From: a virus
Lineage: Duplodnaviria > Caudoviricetes
Length of the DNA: 64,000 bases
Direction: 5' to 3' (one strand)
IMG/VR virus record: IMGVR_UViG_3300042868_009047
Below, one piece after another: positions 55,482-64,000 of this stretch (the first letter of the stretch is position 1; every line of letters starts with the position of its first letter). The position numbers were made by a program, and so were the translations under genes. A model generated the notes under the pieces. That model had not been told where the DNA came from. It saw only the letters and a list, made by a program, of their open reading frames with translations, and made no database searches.

Positions 55482-57386
55482 ATGGGTTCACAAAGCGAAA
55501 TATTTTCAAGATATAGGTCACTCGTGGTTTCTAATAATCAGAAACCATACGCTACCGATGCACAAAAAAAATTAGATAAATTAGAGTTTGTTGACTTTTT
55601 AGTTGAGTTAGTAAAATCAACCAGAGGCCAAAAAGAATTTAAAAGTCTAATATTAAAAGGTAGTTTATCCCAATTAAAAAAATTCGATGATATTAATAAG
55701 ATTATTATTGATAATTTTATTGCTTTATTTGGTTGTGACACTAATTTAATAATCCCACAAAAGTATACAACATTAGCAGTCGGTGGTATAGAAATGACCA
55801 AACAAGAAATTGATTCTTTTGGTTTGTTAAATATTGATCCAGATAGTAGGACTGGTAAATTAATGTATGAGGGTAATGATATTACCAAGCACGTAAATTA
55901 TTTTTTTAGTAAATCACAAATTGCTATAAGCGACTCACCTTTAGTACTTAAAAAAGGTAATAGAGTATTATTTACTATACACGCAAAAGATTCATCAACA
56001 TTCGTATTTAAATTTGGTGAATTTTACTCAAAAAAATTATACGGTGATTTTTTAAATGACTACATGGGTGTAGTAACACCAGTATTTAACTTTCCTAATT
56101 TTATGGCTATATTAATGGACATATTAACTGGATCGGTATCCACCAAATCAAAGTTAAATAAAAAAATCATAGTTAAACAAAGCGCTTTAATTAAAGGGTT
56201 AAAAAAAATGTTTGGTTTTTGTAATGAAAATGATGATGAAAAGCCAGATGCATCAAATAAAAATTTCCTAGATAAAGAGTTTAACCCATCAGACGCACAA
56301 AAAAACGGTGAAGATAGTGGTGTTTTAAACGCTGACGCTGATTTTGATAATGTTTTTAATTTTAATAAAAAAGAATTAGATGATATTGAAAACACTGGTA
56401 ATCTTAGGGCGAATGGTTTTTTAAGATTTTCTTCATGTGGTAATCTAGATATTGCCATAAATGCAGATGATATTATAAATTCTTTAGAGGAATTATTTAA
56501 TAATAGCCAGGGTGACAGATTAATCTTTCCCAACGAAAATCCGCAAAATGTTACACCGCAATCAAATACCAGTACAATAGATAATTCTAAAAAGATACCA
56601 AGCTTAGATCAAGCATCTGATGTATTAGATAGAGCCTTAAAAAACGGTATTAATGATGTTGTTAATTCAGGTGAAATAAATGCAGCAATTAATTTACCTA
56701 ATATAAACGCTGAAATTCAATTAAATATTTTAAAAGCAATACCATATGCTATTATGCAAATGATTATGACACCTAAATTATTGGTGGTGCCTAAATTATA
56801 CTTGGTTTTAAAAGGTGATAACACAAAAAAATCACCAGAAGAAATGATATCTTTTATGAGACCTTTAGTTAAAAAAATCGGTAGTTTTGTTACAGATTTA
56901 TTAATTAAAAATATTTTTAATATGGTAAAAAAAGATTTGATTGGTTTAGCTAAAAAAATTAGCGCTGATTTCTTAAAACAAAGAGGTCTTGATTACATAT
57001 CTTCATTAAAAAGTTTATTAGCTCTTTTAAACGCTTTAAAAGGATTCAAAGTAGGTGGTTGCCAATCAATAATTGATCAGATACTTCGTTTACTAAAGTT
57101 ATTGAACGTTGTACCTATGCCGCCAATACCACCACCGTTAGTTTTACTCGGGGGTGCTTTAAAACCAGGTTTAAATCACGTATCTATGATAAATGACCTT
57201 AAATCTAATTTAGGTGAAAAGGGTATTGAAACAGCGGCAACTTTTCCAGACGGAACACCAAATCATCTTATCATTGCTTTGGAAGAAACAATGAAAATTA
57301 TGGTTTCAAACATAAAAACAAACGCAAAGGTTGAGGTAACAACAGTAGGTGTTGGTTTTACAACAGGATTTGGACAAATACAGTAA
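55482..57386 (+). CDS. Hypothetical protein (634 aa), probably structural
   Basis: Long intact ORF in the late operon before the spike gene. Confidence 0.7.
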   Translation: MGSQSEIFSRYRSLVVSNNQKPYATDAQKKLDKLEFVDFLVELVKSTRGQKEFKSLILKGSLSQLKKFDDINKIIIDNFIALFGCDTNLIIPQKYTTLAVGGIEMTKQEIDSFGLLNIDPDSRTGKLMYEGNDITKHVNYFFSKSQIAISDSPLVLKKGNRVLFTIHAKDSSTFVFKFGEFYSKKLYGDFLNDYMGVVTPVFNFPNFMAILMDILTGSVSTKSKLNKKIIVKQSALIKGLKKMFGFCNENDDEKPDASNKNFLDKEFNPSDAQKNGEDSGVLNADADFDNVFNFNKKELDDIENTGNLRANGFLRFSSCGNLDIAINADDIINSLEELFNNSQGDRLIFPNENPQNVTPQSNTSTIDNSKKIPSLDQASDVLDRALKNGINDVVNSGEINAAINLPNINAEIQLNILKAIPYAIMQMIMTPKLLVVPKLYLVLKGDNTKKSPEEMISFMRPLVKKIGSFVTDLLIKNIFNMVKKDLIGLAKKISADFLKQRGLDYISSLKSLLALLNALKGFKVGGCQSIIDQILRLLKLLNVVPMPPIPPPLVLLGGALKPGLNHVSMINDLKSNLGEKGIETAATFPDGTPNHLIIALEETMKIMVSNIKTNAKVEVTTVGVGFTTGFGQIQ

Positions 57387-57389
57387 AAT

Positions 57390-57608
57390 ATGAATAACCC
57401 AAAACTAAAAGAGATTTTTGAAAACGTTGATAAAAAGTCAAATAAAGATTTGGCAACACTATTGGTTGCCCTAAAAAATGATTTCGAGGATGTTAAAGAA
57501 ACCGTCCTAAGATTAACAACAACAATGGAAGAAGTTGAAGTTACTTATGATAAAGTTTATAATGAATTAAAACAAAGATTAAAATTCGAGGATAAAAATG
57601 AAGGCTGA
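57390..57608 (+). CDS. Small coiled-coil protein (72 aa)
   Basis: Heptad pattern; coupled to neighbouring genes. Confidence 0.65.
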   Translation: MNNPKLKEIFENVDKKSNKDLATLLVALKNDFEDVKETVLRLTTTMEEVEVTYDKVYNELKQRLKFEDKNEG

Positions 57609-59250
57609 GTTTAGTTTAGGTATTTGTTTTAACAATGGTGATCCCTTAAATTTTGGGAGAATACTTGTTGCCTCATATGAGGATTACAAGGGACACGTTT
57701 CCTATACATCTATTGAGAATGCAATTAGTTTATTAAACATAGGTTCAGTAAAATACGATAAATGGAGTGATAGGGGTGGTGTTACCAGTAAAATTGGTGA
57801 TCCATATCTAGCGTCACCATTTTTGCCTAATCAAATATCAGTTATACCTAAACCTGGTCAGGTTGTTAGATTAATTAAATTTGATGATGGTACTGTTAAT
57901 TATATTGGTCCTGTAACACAAAATCCTTTAAAGCTAAACACAACATATTTTGAGGAAACTAGTAGAAGAAAATTTCCTGTATCCGATGACATTTCAAATA
58001 ACGTTAACGACACAGTCTTTTCTGGTTTTAATAATGAACAAGTTTCTTTAGGTAATGACAGAATTCTACTTAGATTAGATCACATAGATAACCAGGATAG
58101 AAAAAAAACATACCCAGTATTTCAAATATCAAAATTTACAAAAACAACAAATTATACTGTTAAAGATGTTACTGAAACAAAAAAACCAGATGTTTTTTTG
58201 GATTATATCGTTGAAATAACATTTGATTATACTAGAAAGGAAGCTCTTGACAGTAAAAATATTGTATGTAACATAAACTTATATAGCACTTTAGATATTG
58301 TATCAAAAATTGTTAGAGGTTTAATGAAAAAAGATTATAATAGCTTTCAAAACTATACGTCTGGTACAAACTATAATCAATATATTGTTAATCACACGTT
58401 AGAGTTTAATGATATCGAATCAATGGATAAAACTATTGAAGATATTATTTCAGCTTACAAAACAAAAAAGATTAAATTTTATAACCCACAAACAGTTGGC
58501 TCACAAAGAATTGAATCCGCTAGTAATATTATAAGTTTAGTTAATAGGATACCTTTTAGAGCGAATAGTTCTGGGGCAAACCATGATACACCAGATGAGA
58601 TCTCTGATTTAAAAAACTTTGTTGTTAGGATAAATCCATACAACAGGGATACGTATACAACACCTAGTATTGAATTACAAACCCAACTTGGTATACCAGC
58701 AACACAACCAACAGATTCAACATCATTGGATTATGTTAGATTTAAAGAATTTAACACTTTTATAAGTAAAATTAGAAAGTACAATAACGCTAGATTCTTA
58801 GGTGATCAGGAATTACAAGCACCTGTTACAACAACAACTAAACAAACACAATCTTCCGTAAATGATAAAGAGGTTACAGTAAATGTTAATTATGCTGATA
58901 AATTTTTATTTTTAAGCAGTATTAACTCAAGGGATTACCTTGAAAGTGCCAATGATGGTATGAGTAAAGAAACTATTTCCAAATTTTTATCAAATCTTTC
59001 TTCGGACGATTCGGGTAGGAGTTACGAAACTTATGGCCATGTTAGGGGTGAAAAAATACTAGACCTGTTAGATCAAATACTAAGTGTTTTCTTATCTCAC
59101 GGCCACTCAATTGGACAATCTGAGGGTTCTTTAAGTAAAAACGCGGTTGCATTGGTTGCAGAATTAAGAGGGCAAATTGCCCAAGAAATAAACGGAAACA
59201 CAACAAATTCCACAACAAAGATAATTAATCATAACTTACGTATTAATTAA
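57598..59250 (+). CDS. Baseplate central spike (gp5/VgrG-like OB-fold N-terminus)
   Basis: GICFNNGDPLNFGRILV, PFLPNQISVIPKPGQVVRLI and C-terminal VRGEKILDLLDQIL..HGH. Confidence 0.6.
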   Translation: MKAEFSLGICFNNGDPLNFGRILVASYEDYKGHVSYTSIENAISLLNIGSVKYDKWSDRGGVTSKIGDPYLASPFLPNQISVIPKPGQVVRLIKFDDGTVNYIGPVTQNPLKLNTTYFEETSRRKFPVSDDISNNVNDTVFSGFNNEQVSLGNDRILLRLDHIDNQDRKKTYPVFQISKFTKTTNYTVKDVTETKKPDVFLDYIVEITFDYTRKEALDSKNIVCNINLYSTLDIVSKIVRGLMKKDYNSFQNYTSGTNYNQYIVNHTLEFNDIESMDKTIEDIISAYKTKKIKFYNPQTVGSQRIESASNIISLVNRIPFRANSSGANHDTPDEISDLKNFVVRINPYNRDTYTTPSIELQTQLGIPATQPTDSTSLDYVRFKEFNTFISKIRKYNNARFLGDQELQAPVTTTTKQTQSSVNDKEVTVNVNYADKFLFLSSINSRDYLESANDGMSKETISKFLSNLSSDDSGRSYETYGHVRGEKILDLLDQILSVFLSHGHSIGQSEGSLSKNAVALVAELRGQIAQEINGNTTNSTTKIINHNLRIN

Positions 59251-59263
59251 AATATTTATTACT

Positions 59264-60637
59264 ATGGGTATATACAGAACATATTTTGATAAAAACAACA
59301 CCATTCTTAGAGATAGTGACGTAAACACTGGTAAAAACCAAGTGTCAGAACTATATTTTGGTAATCTCATCAGTAGGTTTTTATTCTATTGCTCGTTTGA
59401 TGAGATTAAAAATCTTGTAACATCTGGTGTTATAAATCCAAACGGAAATGTAAAACACACGTTAACAATTAAAAATACTAGTAATTTTGATATTAAAGAT
59501 ATTTTAAGTATTGACAACAATTTAATGTTTGGTGATTATTATCGACCAACATCTTTTGACCTTGAGTTGCATGATGTAAATCAATTGTGGGATGAGGGTA
59601 ATGGTTATGATTTCGCCACTGGGATTAAATCGTTTCCACAGAATATTGAGTATATTTTAGGCCCATCTAACTGGACTAAAGCTACTAACACGACTAATTT
59701 CTCAACACCAGGTGTTATAAGCGGAGCCACCCCAATTGCCGTACAACATTTAGGTTTCGGTAATGAGGATATTAAAATGGACGTTACTGATTTTGTAAAC
59801 TCTTTATTAACTGGAACCACAACTGGTACAACTTATAATGGTTTTTGTTTAAAATATTCAGATGCTATTGAAGCTTTGACATTCCCAGATAATAGGGTTT
59901 GTGCTCTTGGTTTATTTACAAGACACACACAGACATTTTTTGAACCCTACATTGAAACAACATATGATGACCATATTGATGACGAAAGGATAAGTTTTTA
60001 TTTGGGTAAAGAAAATAAATTATTCTTTTATTCAGTTATTAATGGTAAATTAGAGAATTTAGATCAATTACCAACCTGTACAATTAATGGTACTGGATAT
60101 ACTGTTAACCAAAAAACAAAAGGTGTTTATTATGTAACGGTTGATGGTGATGAAACAAATTTTGTTAGTTACACAGAATATAACGATATTTGGAGCGATA
60201 TTATTTATAATGGTAATGCTAGACCCAACGTTAAACTAAGGTTTGTCCCAATTGACGCTGATAAATATTATAACTTTAATATAGATGCTTTGGATGATAC
60301 TAGATATGGTTTATCTTTGAGTGGTATTAAAGTTGGTGAGGGTTTACAACAAGGTGAACAAAGAAAGGTTAACATCCTTTTAAGAAAACCTTACACAGTT
60401 TCTGAATACTACGTTAGTAATAGTGTTTATTATAAACTATATGTTAAACAAGGACCAGCTATTATTGATATTTTTGATTGGCAGCCAGCAAATAAAGCGT
60501 TAAATAATAACTATTTTACAATTGACACAACCTGGTTGGTGCCGCAAAGATATTTCGTTGACATCAAAATAGAAACCAACGGTGAGACAACATTACATAG
60601 TAATGAACTACATTTTGATATTGTAAATAAAGCGTAA
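59264..60637 (+). CDS. Beta-rich virion structural protein (457 aa)
   Basis: RTYFDKNNTI, WDEGNGYDF, NYNGFCLKY and LGLFTRHTQTFFEPYIET; late-like motif at 59253-59260. Confidence 0.6.
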   Translation: MGIYRTYFDKNNTILRDSDVNTGKNQVSELYFGNLISRFLFYCSFDEIKNLVTSGVINPNGNVKHTLTIKNTSNFDIKDILSIDNNLMFGDYYRPTSFDLELHDVNQLWDEGNGYDFATGIKSFPQNIEYILGPSNWTKATNTTNFSTPGVISGATPIAVQHLGFGNEDIKMDVTDFVNSLLTGTTTGTTYNGFCLKYSDAIEALTFPDNRVCALGLFTRHTQTFFEPYIETTYDDHIDDERISFYLGKENKLFFYSVINGKLENLDQLPTCTINGTGYTVNQKTKGVYYVTVDGDETNFVSYTEYNDIWSDIIYNGNARPNVKLRFVPIDADKYYNFNIDALDDTRYGLSLSGIKVGEGLQQGEQRKVNILLRKPYTVSEYYVSNSVYYKLYVKQGPAIIDIFDWQPANKALNNNYFTIDTTWLVPQRYFVDIKIETNGETTLHSNELHFDIVNKA

Positions 60638-60640
60638 TAT

Positions 60641-61045
60641 ATGTATTTAATTTATATAAACCCACTTAATAAAAATTTTAAAGGTCAATACACCTACGAG
60701 TTTATCTTTACAAAACGTTTGGATAATGTTGAGTACGGTGATGACTGGGATGTTCAACCAGCATCAAGCGGAATACCAACACCACCAAATGTTAAACAAA
60801 TTGAATCAATCGGTATGCTAAAATCAGATGATATTGAATTAGATTTGGCTTTGAATTCGGATACATTCTCAATGTATGATTGTGTTGAAGGTATTATAGC
60901 AATTGGTTGGGAATCAGAATCACCTGAAATTGATGATAGATTGGTTTTTAGATACGGTGAAACTATTGAATCAGTAAAAGAAAAAATATACAGTAGGGAT
61001 AAACTACTAACAATAATAAATAAAGAAGAAATCGATAAATTTTAA
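60641..61045 (+). CDS. Hypothetical protein (134 aa)
   Basis: Intact, tightly packed ORF. Confidence 0.7.
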   Translation: MYLIYINPLNKNFKGQYTYEFIFTKRLDNVEYGDDWDVQPASSGIPTPPNVKQIESIGMLKSDDIELDLALNSDTFSMYDCVEGIIAIGWESESPEIDDRLVFRYGETIESVKEKIYSRDKLLTIINKEEIDKF

Positions 61046-61053
61046 TTAAAAAC

Positions 61054-61839
61054 ATGGAAACAAATAATAACGCAATAGGTGCAGTAGCTGCCGCAGCAAT
61101 TGACAACCCAGGGGAAGTAATGCAAAGTTTGGATAATTTAAAAAATACATTACAACAAATTTCTAATACAGCTAGTGGTATGCAAACAGAAGATGATTCT
61201 GCTAGTCAGTGGTCTTTTGAGGATACCATTGATGAGTTAATGTCTAAAATTTCGGGTTACACATATTACGATTTACCATGGACTAAAAGAAATACACCAA
61301 AGGGTAGTAGTAATAGATATAATATTGATGATGAATCTGGTACAGTTAAAGCAAATGCGTCTGAAGAAGATGTTATTGAATACGCTAACACTGTTTATCA
61401 TTATGATATGTCTGATAATGAGTCTGAGGAATTTAAAACTTTTGATGACGCTAAAAACGCCTTAGAAAACGAAGGTAATTTTAACGTTGTTAATGTTGCG
61501 GATACAAAACAAATAAGTTTATTCCCAACTGAAAAAAAGAAAGAAGTTATGGAGCCAGCAAATACTATTATTAGTAAAATGGATGATGCAGCTTACACAC
61601 AGTTTATTAACGATATTCAAAACCCTTATCTGAAAGCCCAAATTAACCAAGCAGTTGATTTACTAAAAGCTAATAAACAAAAAGAAGCTTATTCAAAATT
61701 AAGAGGTTTATTGGATAATTTAAAAAATCTTAAAGAAAGTTTGGTTAATTCAAAAACATTTAGTATTATTGCACAGTCAGAAAAACCAAAATTGACAAAA
61801 TCAGATATTTTGGAATTTGTTAAACAACGTAAAAAATAA
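61054..61839 (+). CDS. Hypothetical acidic protein (261 aa)
   Basis: Intact ORF; C-terminal KPKLTKSDILEFVK. Confidence 0.7.
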   Translation: METNNNAIGAVAAAAIDNPGEVMQSLDNLKNTLQQISNTASGMQTEDDSASQWSFEDTIDELMSKISGYTYYDLPWTKRNTPKGSSNRYNIDDESGTVKANASEEDVIEYANTVYHYDMSDNESEEFKTFDDAKNALENEGNFNVVNVADTKQISLFPTEKKKEVMEPANTIISKMDDAAYTQFINDIQNPYLKAQINQAVDLLKANKQKEAYSKLRGLLDNLKNLKESLVNSKTFSIIAQSEKPKLTKSDILEFVKQRKK

Positions 61840-61848
61840 ATTTGCAAT

Positions 61849-61980
61849 ATGAAAAATAATCAAGAAAACCCAACACAAGCACCTGTTGAAACACCAGTAA
61901 AGACACCCACGCCAGTTAAGGATCCATCAAAAATTAACATCCCTAACCCAAAAACAAACCCTGGTCGACCAAAAGCTTAA
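61849..61980 (+). CDS. Pro/Thr-rich microprotein (43 aa; missed by the ORF track)
   Basis: MKNNQENPTQAPVETPVKTPTPVKDPSKINIPNPKTNPGRPKA; fills the intergenic gap with phage-like codon usage. Confidence 0.55.
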   Translation: MKNNQENPTQAPVETPVKTPTPVKDPSKINIPNPKTNPGRPKA

Positions 61981-61986
61981 AAAAAA

Positions 61987-62018
61987 TTTGTTTATTTAAA
62001 AACTTTTACTTACATTTG
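61987..62018 (+). promoter_or_regulatory. Bacteroidota-type promoter
   Basis: TTTG (61987-90), N20, TACATTTG (62011-18); exact consensus. Confidence 0.8.
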
Positions 62019-62049
62019 CCTTGTTAATAATAAACAAGGCATTTTTTTT
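62017..62049 (+). terminator. Intrinsic terminator overlapping the promoter -7 box
   Basis: TGCCTTGTT-AATAATA-AACAAGGCA followed by T8 directly before ATG 62050. Confidence 0.75.
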
Positions 62050-63186
62050 ATGAGAAAATCAGGAATACAGTTGGGTGATTACCCTAATTTTATCGCTAAG
62101 GCGACAGTTGATGCGTTATCCAAAAGAACACATCCTTTGGCTAAAATGCCATACTACGACCAATCCACACACCCAGAGAGGTGGAGAGAGGAAGTTATTG
62201 CATCTGAAAGATATAAAGAGTTGGTCGACTCTTATAGTAACACATTTGGTATAGACAAATCACAACTAAATCCAATGGAAGTTATGATGTGTGCAGGTTC
62301 TGCTAATTATATTGCAACAAATAAAGAGAGTGGTAATAGACCAAAACTTTGCAAACTTGCTGAAAAAATCATAAGAGAAGAATGGTTTCTCGGTAAAGAT
62401 GAGGTTATTTTTGATTTAGAAATATTAGAGCCAGGTAATATTAAACTACCTGAGGAAACAAATATGGAATCACCTTTAACTGAAGAAGAAAAAGAGGAAA
62501 TTGAAAATGAAATGGAAGATGAGGTTGTAAAAAGAAGAACAATTAATGGGTTTGCACAAGGTGCTTCATTAAGAGGTCACTATTTATTTCATTTATATAG
62601 TTCCGAAATTGAGGAGATTGTACCAGATATTACTGGTTACTACCAAAAAGCTTTAATTGCTAATGACTTGTTTTATTATTTAATTAGCGATGAGATGTTT
62701 CAACAACAAATTGAAGCTGATGATTCTAATAACGCAGGTTACGTTAAGCTTGACTTTAGTGGAGAAACACCTAAAATTATAGCAAAAGCGATTAATTTAC
62801 CGATATTAATCCATGAAATGATAAAAGGTATTATATCTTTATTATCTGTAGCTGGTTTACCAAAAGAAAACTCAGATAAAGTAATTGATTATACTGATAC
62901 AATTATTTCTGAATTATGGGATATTCGTTTATTCCCTGTTATATGGGGTAATTTTCACGCTTTAATTGATGAAGAAGATTATGACATTAAAAAATTAATC
63001 TTAATTGATCTCTTCAAAAGAGATGCTGAAGATTTTATTGATTTTATGTCGTTGTTAGAGCATCGACCTGATTACGCTAAAAAAGAGATAAAAGATATTG
63101 TCAAGGAAAAAAGAATGGAAATTATGGAATATAATTTTATTAAAGATGACCTTGATAATTTTGATTTAAGCGATTTAGGACTATAA
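62050..63186 (+). CDS. Hypothetical helical protein (378 aa)
   Basis: VVKRRTINGFAQGASLRGHYLFHL, IAKAINLPILIHEMIKG and ELWDIRLFPVIW; no function recognised. Confidence 0.75.
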   Translation: MRKSGIQLGDYPNFIAKATVDALSKRTHPLAKMPYYDQSTHPERWREEVIASERYKELVDSYSNTFGIDKSQLNPMEVMMCAGSANYIATNKESGNRPKLCKLAEKIIREEWFLGKDEVIFDLEILEPGNIKLPEETNMESPLTEEEKEEIENEMEDEVVKRRTINGFAQGASLRGHYLFHLYSSEIEEIVPDITGYYQKALIANDLFYYLISDEMFQQQIEADDSNNAGYVKLDFSGETPKIIAKAINLPILIHEMIKGIISLLSVAGLPKENSDKVIDYTDTIISELWDIRLFPVIWGNFHALIDEEDYDIKKLILIDLFKRDAEDFIDFMSLLEHRPDYAKKEIKDIVKEKRMEIMEYNFIKDDLDNFDLSDLGL

Positions 63187-63214
63187 TAAACTATTTATAT
63201 GGAAAGAATAGACC

Positions 63215-64000
63215 TTGGCAAAACAAATTACCGATAAAAAAGAGTTACTATTAGAGTATGCAAAATGCTCTCAGGATTTTTGTTATGTCATAGAAAGTTA
63301 TTTTGAGACATTTGATAAAACCAGAGAGGGTTATGTCCCTTTTGAGCTTTTTGATGGTCAAAGAAAACTTGTTGCTAATTATAAAAAACATAGATTTAAT
63401 CTAGTTTTAAAATATCGCCAGGCTGGTATCTCAACAGTAACAGCCGCCTATTCTGCTGTACTTACAGCTTTTGCTAGTCCAGATAGACCTGAGAAGGTTT
63501 TGATTCTTGCGAATAAACAGGAAACAGCGATTGAGTTCCAAAACAAAATCATTAACTTTATCAAACAATTACCTGATTGGGTAAATGTTTCATTTGATAA
63601 ATCATCACAAAAACACGTTAGATTATCTAACGGTTCCGAAATTAAAGCCGTTGCAACATCCCAGGATGCCTTGCGTGGTTATACACCAACTGTTTTATTA
63701 ATTGATGAAGCTGCCTTCGTTGAGGGTGGTCAGGAGTTATGGACAGCGTGTCTCGCTTCAATTGGTACTGGTGGTAAAGCTGTATTAATCTCAACTCCTA
63801 ATGGATTAGACCCAATTTATTATGCTTCATATGAAGGTGCTATCAAAGGTGATAACAGTTTTTGTGTTACCCATTTAAAATGGTGGCAAGATCCACGATT
63901 TAACAAGGATTTACGTTTAATCAAAACTAAAGATATTGTTGACTGGATCCAAAAACCAGCGTCTGAAAAAGATGAAGATATTATTGAATCGGTTATTGAT
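63215..64000 (+). CDS. terL: Large terminase subunit (T4 gp17-like), TTG start, 3'-truncated (missed by the ORF track)
   Basis: Frame open from TTG 63215 to the window end. PFELFDGQ, Walker A LKYRQAGIST, Walker B LLIDEAAFVE and coupling motif LISTPNG. Late motif at 63192-63199. Confidence 0.95.
   Translation, partial: MAKQITDKKELLLEYAKCSQDFCYVIESYFETFDKTREGYVPFELFDGQRKLVANYKKHRFNLVLKYRQAGISTVTAAYSAVLTAFASPDRPEKVLILANKQETAIEFQNKIINFIKQLPDWVNVSFDKSSQKHVRLSNGSEIKAVATSQDALRGYTPTVLLIDEAAFVEGGQELWTACLASIGTGGKAVLISTPNGLDPIYYASYEGAIKGDNSFCVTHLKWWQDPRFNKDLRLIKTKDIVDWIQKPASEKDEDIIESVID

Noticed and set aside
7520-60000. Many short antisense ORFs overlapping long genes (e.g. 13184, 16013, 19260, 43782, 51171, 56060)
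   Set aside because: They lie opposite well-supported CDSs, have no recognisable motifs, and are expected shadows of biased codon usage.
63199-63237. ATG-initiated MERIDL... as the true terminase start with a frameshift error
   Set aside because: That frame stops after 12 codons and its ATG overlaps the late motif. An in-frame TTG at 63215 explains terL without invoking an error, though read mapping should confirm this.
1-64000. Alternative genetic code (TAG/TGA recoding) as in some large phages
   Set aside because: Genes up to 2922 aa are intact in code 11, and TAG is used as a true stop (e.g. polB, 47834).
1-64000. tRNA, rRNA or self-splicing intron genes
   Set aside because: No cloverleaf or T-loop (GTTCGA) context or intron-like gap was recognised, and intergenic space is minimal. 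A tRNAscan/Infernal run would be decisive.

Overview
A 64-kb AT-rich segment of a large T4-like (myovirus, probably jumbo) phage genome that reads cleanly in genetic code 11. The left half (1-31.7 kb, minus strand) is a contractile-tail morphogenesis module. In transcription order it holds head-closure and tail-terminator proteins, tail sheath, tail tube, gp26/gp51-like chaperones, two tandem tape-measure paralogs, a 2922-aa repeat/OmpA-like baseplate protein, a gp53-like wedge and two very large baseplate-hub proteins, the last running off the window edge. The right half (mostly plus strand) carries an SNF2 helicase, a GP88-like protein, a gp13-like neck protein and a family B DNA polymerase. 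It also has a ~10-kb glycosylation cluster with dUTPase, a KdsC-like phosphatase and PhoH, followed by a gp55-like late sigma factor, a gp5-like spike protein and the 5' part of the large terminase. Two promoter classes are visible: Bacteroidota-type TTG-N19/20-TAnnTTTG promoters before replication and other non-structural genes, and a recurrent TATTTATA late motif before structural genes. This suggests a Bacteroidota host. Best leads: (1) a ~125-aa macrodomain-like module inserted in-frame in the polymerase proofreading domain, a candidate replisome-borne DNA de-ADP-ribosylase; (2) a U9 slippery site linking the two tail chaperone ORFs in the +1/-2 frame; (3) the glycosylation cluster with a possible Gly-Ser/Thr acceptor; (4) an orphan antisense promoter/palindrome element between sheath and tube genes; (5) hairpins overlapping promoters. 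All family assignments come from motif recognition by eye; no database searches were run.
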